Below, piece by piece: positions 10,211 through 18,500 of a DNA stretch of 64,000 bases; position 1 is the stretch's first letter; every line of letters starts with the position of its first letter. The notes under the pieces were generated by a model. The model saw nothing but the letters and a program-made list of their open reading frames with translations. It was not told the DNA's origin and made no database searches. Location: positions 1,073 to 65,072 of the forward strand of contig CAXPDR010000029.1 in the NCBI GenBank assembly GCA_964215955.1, given 5' to 3'. This DNA comes from Flavobacteriaceae bacterium. Its GTDB lineage: Bacteria > Bdellovibrionota > Bacteriovoracia > Bacteriovoracales > Bacteriovoracaceae. The position numbers were made by a program, and so were the translations under genes.

Positions 10211-10930
10211 TTACTTTAATTTCTCTTTAAGTGATTCAAAACCACCAATTCTTACACCGTTTGAAAAAATTTGAGGAACTTTTGTCTCTCCACTTATGGC
10301 AATTAGTGTTTTGATGGAATAGTCTTTATTAAGTGTATGTTCATCGTATTTAATCCCTTTTTCTTCCAAGAGTTTTTTAGCATTTACACAGAACTCACAC
10401 CCTTCTCTGGTGTAGATAGTGTAAGATGATGGAATTTCAATATCTAAGCTCTTAAGCATTGTATCTGCATCTGAAACTGAAAATGGATCACCTGGTTTTT
10501 CCGTTTCTATAAACATCTTTTCAATAATTCCATCTGTTACAATCATTGAGTAACGCCATGATCTTTTACCAAAACCTAAATCGTTTTTATCTACAAGAAA
10601 TCCTAGGCTATTAGTTAACTCACCATTTCCATCTGGAAGCATTGTGATATTTTTGGCATTTTGTTCTTCTTGCCATTGATTCATAACAAAGGTGTCATTA
10701 ACAGATAAGCAGATGACATCATCGAATCCATTAGCGATAAAAGTGTCATACAGCTCATTATATCTTGGGAGGTGAGTGGATGAGCACGTTGGCGTAAATG
10801 CTCCTGGAAGAGCAAAAACAGCTACTTTTTTCCCTTTAAAATAGTCATCTGTTGTGAGTTGTTTCCATTCGTGACCAACTCTTACTGGAAATGTAAAATT
10901 TTTAAGTTTAGTTCCGGTTACATCTTTCAT
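10211..10930 (-). CDS. hybrid peroxiredoxin (Prx5-type) fused to glutaredoxin
   Basis: The N-terminal half carries the Prx5 motif FALPGAFTPTCSSTHLP. The C-terminal half is a Grx fold with the CxxC motif REGCEFCVNAKKLL and the ending VPQIFSNGVRIGG. Confidence 0.85.
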   Translation of the reverse strand: MKDVTGTKLKNFTFPVRVGHEWKQLTTDDYFKGKKVAVFALPGAFTPTCSSTHLPRYNELYDTFIANGFDDVICLSVNDTFVMNQWQEEQNAKNITMLPDGNGELTNSLGFLVDKNDLGFGKRSWRYSMIVTDGIIEKMFIETEKPGDPFSVSDADTMLKSLDIEIPSSYTIYTREGCEFCVNAKKLLEEKGIKYDEHTLNKDYSIKTLIAISGETKVPQIFSNGVRIGGFESLKEKLK

Positions 10931-11035
10931 TCTATTCTCCTTGGTTGAAACTAAGACTAGTATCGTTTAAAAAGTGTATAGAATCTAATTATTAATATTT
11001 ATAGGTTAATAGAAATAATTTATGATGTTAGTTTT

Positions 11036-13069
11036 TCACTCATCAAGTGACTTTAAAAGGTCATTAAAGAAATTGGATTTATATTCGGCCTCCTCTTCTT
11101 CTGAGAGGTGGCTGAAGGAATTTCTGTCTTGCTCTATAAAGTAGTCTTGATGTTCCACAAGGAAGCGGCTCATGGCCCTTCTTATGTCCTTACCATAGAT
11201 TTTACGCTCTTTTGCATAAGTCATTATGAGGCGACGTTTAGCTCGGGTGATTCCTACGTAGCAAAGACGTCTCTCCTCATCTATATCACCATTCTCTCTT
11301 ATGACATTTTTATGGGGGAGTAGTTCTTCTTCCATGCCTAGGAGAAAACAGGTGTCAAACTCTAACCCTTTTGAAGAGTGAAGGGTCATTAATTGAACCT
11401 CGTTTTTTAAGACATCGTCATCATTTTGTTTGTCTTGATTATCGACCAGTAAAAGTCTCTCTAGGTAATTTTGAAGTGTCGCTTCTTCTGCAAAACGATC
11501 TACAAAACGATCCGTCGAAAGAAGAAAGCTTTTTACATCATCTCTTTTTCTTGCGGCAACTTTCGGTGAATCATAGGACTTTGCCACAAAATCGAAATAA
11601 TTGATTTCATCAATTAAGGCAGCTAAAGCCTGAGTCAGTGTCATCGTAGTAAAGAGTCTATTGTACTTTTTAATAATGGCCATGAAATCTTGAAGAGCTT
11701 TTCCCTTTTTTGTTTCATCCATGGAACATTCTTGTTCAATGACTTCAAATAAGGTTATTCCTCTTTGAGCTGATAGTTCTAAAAAACCTTTAAGCGTCTT
11801 CGTTCCAACTCCGCGCTGAGGGATATTCAAAATTCTTCTAAGACTTAACTCATCTTTCGGATTAAAAATAACTGAAAGATAAGCAATCAGATCTTTAATT
11901 TCCTTCTTTTCATAAAACTTTTGGCCACCAATGATGGTATAAGGTATTTGGGCCAGTCTTAATTGATCCTCTACAGGTGGAACCTGAGTATTGCTTCTGT
12001 AAAGAATTGCTACGTCTCCTAGAAACTTTCCTTGCTTTTGAATATTGATAATTTCATCGATAACAATTTGTGCTTCATGGTCTCCATTTGCAGCAGACCA
12101 AAGATGAGGAACCAGACCATCAGTAACGTGAGTTCTCATGGTTTTATCTTTTCTCTTTTTGTTATCTTTAATAACAATATTGGCAAGATTTAATATTTTA
12201 TCTCCGGATCTGTAATTATGCTCTAGTTTAATAACAGTAGTCGCTGGAAAAACTTTTTCAAAATTTAAAATATTTGAAATATCTGCCCCTCGAAAGGCAT
12301 AGATTGATTGATCATCATCACCTACAACACAAATATTTTGATGAGTAGAGGTAAGGGCCTTAACCATTTCAAATTGGAGACCATTGGTATCTTGATATTC
12401 ATCAATCATAATGTATTTATATTTTTGAGAATATTTTTCGGCAATATCTGGTCTGGCCTGAAAAAGTCTTACACATAAAAATAAGATATCATCAAAATCA
12501 ACAGCGTTATAAAAATGTAATTTATCTTGGTAGTAATGGTATACAAACTCTGTGGCCTCATCGTAAGGATCTTCTGGATCGAAGTATTCTGTATCCTTAA
12601 ACTCCTCAGCAGAAATACCGGCATTTTTTAATTTACCAATTTTAGACATGATGGTTTTTTTATCAAATGATTCTTTATCTAATTTTATCTTCTTTAATCC
12701 TTCACGGACAATCGCCATTTGATCTCCTTGATCGTAAATGGTGAAGTCTTTGTTATAGCCAATGTGCTGGATATCTTCTCGTAAGATTCTAATGCCTAAT
12801 GAGTGATAAGTAGAAAGTGTAATCCCTCTTTTTTTTCTTGATCCCAATAATTTGGAAACTCTTTCATGCATTTCCATGGCCGCTTTGTTGGTAAAACTTA
12901 CAGCAAGAATTTCTTTGGGATTAATTCTGAGATTATCAATCATATGACCAATTCTATAGGTGAGAGTTCTAGTCTTTCCTGAACCGGCTCCAGCTAAAAT
13001 CAAAACAGGACCATTCACGGTCTCAGCTGCAAGTCTTTGCTCTGTATTTAATCCACTCAAATCAATCAT
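11036..13069 (-). CDS. uvrD: ATP-dependent DNA helicase, UvrD/PcrA/Rep family (SF1)
   Basis: LNTEQRLAAE...GPVLILAGAGSGKTRTLTYRI (motif I), IMIDEYQDTN (motif II), TLHSSKGLEFD and CYVGITRAKRRL (motifs V/VI). Confidence 0.9.
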   Translation of the reverse strand: MIDLSGLNTEQRLAAETVNGPVLILAGAGSGKTRTLTYRIGHMIDNLRINPKEILAVSFTNKAAMEMHERVSKLLGSRKKRGITLSTYHSLGIRILREDIQHIGYNKDFTIYDQGDQMAIVREGLKKIKLDKESFDKKTIMSKIGKLKNAGISAEEFKDTEYFDPEDPYDEATEFVYHYYQDKLHFYNAVDFDDILFLCVRLFQARPDIAEKYSQKYKYIMIDEYQDTNGLQFEMVKALTSTHQNICVVGDDDQSIYAFRGADISNILNFEKVFPATTVIKLEHNYRSGDKILNLANIVIKDNKKRKDKTMRTHVTDGLVPHLWSAANGDHEAQIVIDEIINIQKQGKFLGDVAILYRSNTQVPPVEDQLRLAQIPYTIIGGQKFYEKKEIKDLIAYLSVIFNPKDELSLRRILNIPQRGVGTKTLKGFLELSAQRGITLFEVIEQECSMDETKKGKALQDFMAIIKKYNRLFTTMTLTQALAALIDEINYFDFVAKSYDSPKVAARKRDDVKSFLLSTDRFVDRFAEEATLQNYLERLLLVDNQDKQNDDDVLKNEVQLMTLHSSKGLEFDTCFLLGMEEELLPHKNVIRENGDIDEERRLCYVGITRAKRRLIMTYAKERKIYGKDIRRAMSRFLVEHQDYFIEQDRNSFSHLSEEEEAEYKSNFFNDLLKSLDE

Positions 13070-13259
13070 GCAGATACTCTAGAGAGACTTACTCAAGTAG
13101 TAAAGATTTATTTGTAAATTCAAGTGTTTAAGTCGTTTGTTTATATTTTCTTTATTATTGTCCAGTTATACTGGCAACTCACTTATTTTTTGAACTTTAT
13201 TCGTATTAGAATTTTATTTAGGGGTCTTCTCTAAGTCCTTGAATTTAAGAGTTATGACT

Positions 13260-13287
13260 TAAAACTTATCTATAATAGTGCCGATAA
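13260..13287 (+). promoter_or_regulatory. sigma-28 (FliA)-type promoter, TAAA-N16-GCCGATAA
   Basis: TAAA at 13260-13263 and GCCGATAA at 13280-13287, followed by the AAAGGAG SD at 13298 and a start at 13304/13313. Confidence 0.55.
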
Positions 13288-13303
13288 GCTTTAAAATAAA
13301 GGA

Positions 13304-13684
13304 GTGAAATACTTGGTAATTTTAAAAACATTCTTACTCATTGGTTTAAGCCTTTTACTTTCCTGTGGAAGTGAGATTCAAGTATCACAATTTACAGAGG
13401 ATCAATCAGTTCTCGATGTGAGGGTAGAGCAACTTTCTACTCAGGCAGATCCAACGAAATCAGCTAATATTTACTTTAATGTTTATTTTTCTAATCCCAT
13501 CGAATCAAAAACTTTTGGTGCTGATGATATTATCCAAGATGGAACATCTTCTAGAATTATTTGGGATGTAATTCATGTCTCAGAGGGAAAACACTTTATT
13601 GTCATTGGTACAGGCCCAATGACTAATGGAACTTTTATTTTAAACAGTACTGACACTCCGTACATTAGATTATGGAGATGTTAA
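13304..13684 (+). CDS. lipoprotein with Ig-like surface domain, possibly the 5' part of a frameshifted gene
   Basis: Lipobox LLLSCGS. TTG 13313, 8 nt after the AAAGGAG SD, is the more likely start. The pattern ADPTKSANIYFNVYFSNPIESKTFGADDI is typical of bacterial Ig-like surface-repeat domains. A sigma-28-type promoter lies just upstream. Confidence 0.55.
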   Translation: MKYLVILKTFLLIGLSLLLSCGSEIQVSQFTEDQSVLDVRVEQLSTQADPTKSANIYFNVYFSNPIESKTFGADDIIQDGTSSRIIWDVIHVSEGKHFIVIGTGPMTNGTFILNSTDTPYIRLWRC

Positions 13685-13691
13685 TGGAGAT

Positions 13692-13889
13692 TTGGGTACA
13701 AGCTGTTCTGTTTCCGGCCTTGTGAATGTTACCGAAACAACTGGTTGTTCTTATGATGGATCTGGTGTTTGTACGGTGGGAGTCACTGGGTTGTTAAATT
13801 ATACAGGGGCCGCAAATTTTGATTTTACTATTTCTGATATTGATGGAGTATCTGAATTGGCAACAGCGAATATTACAATTAATCCTTAG
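13692..13889 (+). CDS. cadherin/Ig-like domain fragment, probably the 3' part of the preceding gene in the +1 frame
   Basis: This frame is open from 13644 (…LDYGDVNGDLGTSCS…) and ends in a typical Ig-like domain terminus, ANFDFTISDIDGVSELATANITINP. It has no signal peptide and no well-spaced SD of its own. Confidence 0.35.
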   Translation: MGTSCSVSGLVNVTETTGCSYDGSGVCTVGVTGLLNYTGAANFDFTISDIDGVSELATANITINP

Positions 13890-14301
13890 TTTTAAAACCC
13901 TTAATAGAGTTATTATAAATATCTGTGAGTTCACTAAAATAATCTCCAGATCTTAAAATGAGCTCTTTTACTTCACCTTCATCCTTTGATTCTTTGAGAG
14001 TCTTTTTTAGTTTGAATATAGGCCCAGCTATTTTATGGGTTTTAAAAATTAAAAGAACGTAGATAATGCCTAAACTTAATAAGGCAAAGAGGCTGAGGAA
14101 TATAATATAATGATTTCTAAAATTATTAAGCTTTGTTGCGATTTCATTATTTGAGACAAATTCCAAAATATCATTTGACCAGTATACAATGGATCCAATG
14201 AGGAATAAGTTTTGAATCAAAAAAATCGCCAATATGAAGAACGTAAAGTTCAGTTGAAATTTTTTATCTACTAAGACTAAAAGTCTTCTGTATGGATGCA
14301 T
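13879..14301 (-). CDS. small two-TM membrane protein with HAMP-like linker
   Basis: Two hydrophobic helices are followed by FKTHKIAGPIFKLKKTLKE, a HAMP-like amphipathic segment. It lies 11 nt downstream of the 14313-15167 gene. Confidence 0.5.
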   Translation of the reverse strand: MHPYRRLLVLVDKKFQLNFTFFILAIFLIQNLFLIGSIVYWSNDILEFVSNNEIATKLNNFRNHYIIFLSLFALLSLGIIYVLLIFKTHKIAGPIFKLKKTLKESKDEGEVKELILRSGDYFSELTDIYNNSIKGFKTKD

Positions 14302-14312
14302 AAAATATTCCT

Positions 14313-15167
14313 TTACCTTAAAAGGCTAACTAAATCATTTAGTTCACCGGCCAAGTCTTCATGGTAGATGAATTTCATTTCATTACCAATTTTAATGATA
14401 TTATCAGTGTTCCATTGTATTTTTACAACCTCATCTTTTTTATTATTACTGAACTCAAATGCAAGGACATTATGAAGATCTGGAGTGAGTAGTCTATTGT
14501 CTAAAATTCTATCGGAGTAAAGAAAACAATTTTTATCAATCCATTTCTTAACCTTTTGCCCATCTATAATACTTGAAATATGACGACCAGTTTTATCTAA
14601 CTTTATCCATTCATTTTTTTTCTTAACTATTTTAAAACCATTAAGGCTTATTGAGGTGGGGCTTGAGCTACACCATTTTATTTTTTCATCCTTAAAGCTT
14701 TTTGAACCGGTTAAAAATAGGGATCTCTCTTGGGTTCCAAGACGCCCTCCTTGTCCAGCAAGGGGACCATTTTCAAAGCGTATAATTTCACCATTAGAAG
14801 AGATATTCCAAACTTCATGATTTTCGTGTTTTAATTTTATTTTAATGACGGCGTTTGGAATTTTATCAATTGGATATGCTTTTACTGATGAAAGAAAACT
14901 TAAGCGATCTTGAATTGAGTTTGGAGAGTGGTTATGGCCATTCCATTTTCCGAGTCTATTATTTCTTTTAAAAATCTTTTCTTCATTATAGGTTTGAAAG
15001 GAAAACTCAATTACCGCGTCTGGGTGAAAATTTAACTTCTTACTAAAACCAGTTAAAGGAAGTTCTTTTTCACTAAAACTCTGATGGGAGAGGTTAAAAA
15101 AGTAGACGAGTAGTCCAATTAGCCCGACAAGAGAAAAAGATAAAAAAGTGAACAAATGCTTTTTCAT
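14313..15167 (-). CDS. membrane-anchored or secreted hypothetical protein
   Basis: 284-aa ORF with an N-terminal hydrophobic anchor (FTFLSFSLVGLIGLLVYFF). I recognised no family. Confidence 0.5.
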   Translation of the reverse strand: MKKHLFTFLSFSLVGLIGLLVYFFNLSHQSFSEKELPLTGFSKKLNFHPDAVIEFSFQTYNEEKIFKRNNRLGKWNGHNHSPNSIQDRLSFLSSVKAYPIDKIPNAVIKIKLKHENHEVWNISSNGEIIRFENGPLAGQGGRLGTQERSLFLTGSKSFKDEKIKWCSSSPTSISLNGFKIVKKKNEWIKLDKTGRHISSIIDGQKVKKWIDKNCFLYSDRILDNRLLTPDLHNVLAFEFSNNKKDEVVKIQWNTDNIIKIGNEMKFIYHEDLAGELNDLVSLLR

Positions 15168-15450
15168 ATATAGATCCTAGAATCATTAATATATTTGTTT
15201 TGGAATTATTCCTTACTATTTTACATTGTAATTGGGATATTTTAAATTCCAAAAATTTAGGGCATTTGTTCTTTTTAAGTCAAGAGGTGCCTTGTTTATG
15301 TGCTTTCCTTTAGGTTGTGAAGTATTTAACTATTCGCTTTTTCAAAGGTATTGGTCTGTAATACATATTTGACAGAAAAAATTGGCGAAATAATTAAGTT
15401 AAACAATAGGGGTTTATTCTGTAAATGGATAGAACTAGTCCATTTAACGT

Positions 15451-15477
15451 TAAATTTTAGTCACTTATAGCCGATAA
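15451..15477 (+). promoter_or_regulatory. sigma-28 (FliA)-type promoter, TAAA-N15-GCCGATAA
   Basis: TAAA at 15451-15454 and GCCGATAA at 15470-15477, a perfect match to the enterobacterial FliA -35/-10 core and spacing. It lies 65 nt upstream of the GLUG paralog 1 ATG. Confidence 0.65.
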
Positions 15478-15541
15478 GTCCTAGGTCAATACTTTCCTTA
15501 ATTTATAATAGAAAGGGGAAGTAAGCCCTTTAGGATATTTT

Positions 15542-18500
15542 ATGAAATTTATTAATTTTGCGTTTTTAATTTTGACTTTTAATTTTGTTTCTTGTTCTCA
15601 AGGGCCTGGAAAAACTAATGTCAAAATATCCCTGGCAGCAATAAGTGGAAGTGAAAAATTCCCTGGTGGACTTTTTCTTTATGGGAAAAATAAATCAATT
15701 CCAGATATGGGTTTTGCCAGAAAAGTAAATGCAGATGATACTCTTGAGTTAGAACTTGAAAATGGTGACTGGGGTTTTGTGGTCATGGGGTGGGACGGTT
15801 CTCAATACTATGAGGGAAATGCATTTTGTGATGCTATGGCAAAAAAACTTGATGGTGCTGAAGTCAGTCTTTCTTTGGAAGCGACTAGGGCCAAATGTAG
15901 TCCAAGATATATAAATGGTACGAATGAGCTTTACAATGGATTTTATTCTTTAAAAATTCATACTTGTGCAGGCATAAGAGATCATATTGCGAATGGAGAA
16001 CCAATTCCTTCTAACTTTAAATGTGATGGTAGCATGGATATATTTGACGGAGGAATGAAGTCTTTTAAAGTTTACTTGGCTGAGTTTATGCCAGGAGAAG
16101 GGGAGCGTTTTTCAAGTGAGTCACGTTGTTTGACTACAACAAATTCCACAACTCCTGCTTCTGTTAATCTTCCTCTTGGATCAGATAAAATAAAGACTGC
16201 TGTATTGATCAAAGGATACTCAGATAGTTCTTGTACTTCAGAAGTTAAAAAATACGTTTTTAGAGATGGTATCAAATTTCCTGAGGATGATTTTAATGCC
16301 GCAGCAGTGCTAGATAGTGTAACAAAAACGGTAAATCTTTTTGCTCATGCTAAGTTGTGTAATGAGGCGCAAAAAAACTCACCAGTTTTTGCTGCAAGCT
16401 CAGACACAGATAATGATGGCTTGAGTGATACTCATTTAATTTGTACACCTACTCAGTTTGCAAGTATAGATGGTTTTCCAACTGATAATTTTATATTAGG
16501 TGCTGATATTGATATGAGTGGGTTGAACACAATAACGAGCACATTTTCAGGTAATTTCGATGGGCAAAATTATAGATTGTACGATGGTGTACAACCCATA
16601 TTTCAAGAAGTCTCAGCAAGTGGTACTGATATAAGAATTGAAAATTTAATTATAGATAATTTTCAGATAGATTATAATTTTGAACCTTCAACGAATACAC
16701 TTGGGATACTTGCCAATCAAAGCTATCCATCAGGTGGAAAATTAGAAATAACTAATTTGTATTTTAACTCGAATAATAAAATAGAAATCTCTGTGGCTAA
16801 CGGTGGAACTATTTCAACCAATACGTATCTTGGGGGATTAATTGGAGATGTCCAAGTTCAAACTAGTGGAAAATTAGAAGTTCGTGACATAAAAATGAAT
16901 GGTTTAGTTAGGGCTTATGATGACAATATTAGAGTTGGAGGTGTGTTTGGTCGCTTTAAAAATACCAGTGGTGAAAAACCAAAAGTTGAATCAAGCCGCG
17001 TTGGAACCTCTTCAGAAAAAATGATGATTCAAGGTTATCAAAAAATCGGTGGTATCGCTGGACAGATACAAGATGCAGAAGTTGTTCAAAAAACAGCGGT
17101 TTTTGCAAAGCTTAAAGGAAAGGATTTTGTAGGTGGGATTGTTGGTGATGCACTTGATGGAACTGAAATTAGAGATGCAAAAACAGATATTGAATATGTA
17201 CCATTCGATAGCTCTAACTCAAGAGTTGGTGGTATTATTGGTGGAATCGCAGGTGATTTCTCTGTAAAAGTAGATGGGGTCATGGCAAATTTGGTTGTCC
17301 TTGAGCCTACTGGGACTAAAAAAGTAGACCAATTAGGTGGTATTATTGGTGGAAAAAATTTTGGTTCTGGAGCTGTTAATCCTTTTCAAATTTCAAATTC
17401 AAAAGCCATTGTTGATTTTAATGTTAATGGACAATCTCATGGGGGATTGGTTGGAAGTCAATCTGTTACAAATGGAACACGAGATGAAATTAGAAATTCA
17501 ATTGCTATGGGGAGCTTACTTGAATCAAGTAGGGTAACGTCGAATATAAATAAAGGTGGATTCGCAGGGGACTCAAGTAACCTTAAGATCGAAATGTCAG
17601 TTGCAAGTTTTACTAGTATTGAAGGAGACCGACAATTAGGTGGAGGGATTGGTTATAGTAATAACACAATTTTAAATGAATCCCATATCAAAGGACATGT
17701 GGAATGTTTAAAAAATACTGCTTATCTTTCGTGTGGTGGTATTACTGGTCTAAATAACGATTCATTTAATACTGGGCACTTTGAAGACCTTTATGTGGAT
17801 GTAAGTCTGAATGTTCCAAACTTTGATGTAGATGGTAATAGTGGTTGTAGTCTTCAGAAGTGTGGACGACTTGCTGGAAATAATCTTTCTTCTTATATGA
17901 GTTTTGAGAGAATTTATCTGGTACAAAGCCAAATGCTAGATATGAATGAAGCAGATATTAGTTTTAATACAGGATCAGGGAATGTGACTCCAGGTGATCA
18001 CATAGACAATTTACAAACTGATGATTCCACAACTTGTAATGGAGCCATCCTAGGAAAATTTGATAATTCTCATGGTATTTTTTCCTCTTGTGGTTTATTA
18101 TTTGAAAAGCAGTGGCGAAGCTATGGTTTTGCGGGTGAGTACCTTGCTGGGAATTGGATTGAACCGTTTGAAATCTATTCAACTGTTGAATGGAATAATA
18201 TTAAAGCCGATGCTTTCTTAGTTCAACAGACTTTTAAGCTAATGGATGATTTAGATTTTGCCAGTGGAACTTTTGAACCTATTGGGTCAATTTCCAATCC
18301 TTTTTCGGGAAGAATTATTCCGAATGGGAAGACTTTGAAAAGAATTAATTTCACAGCCGGAAATGATAATGCTGGTATCTTTAATGCCACAGGAAATGGT
18401 GCAAGTATAGGTTGGTATAATGATCCTCTTAAAATTTTTGATATGACGATTGATTGTACTTCTCAATTAAACTGTGGAGTCATTGGCCAAGCACAAGATA

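Noticed and set aside
10931-11035. AT-rich quasi-palindromes (e.g. AATTATTAATATT) upstream of the Prx-Grx gene, considered as PerR/Fur/OxyR boxes.
   Set aside because: The intergenic DNA here is so AT-rich that such matches are expected by chance. No clean 7-1-7 inverted repeat is present.
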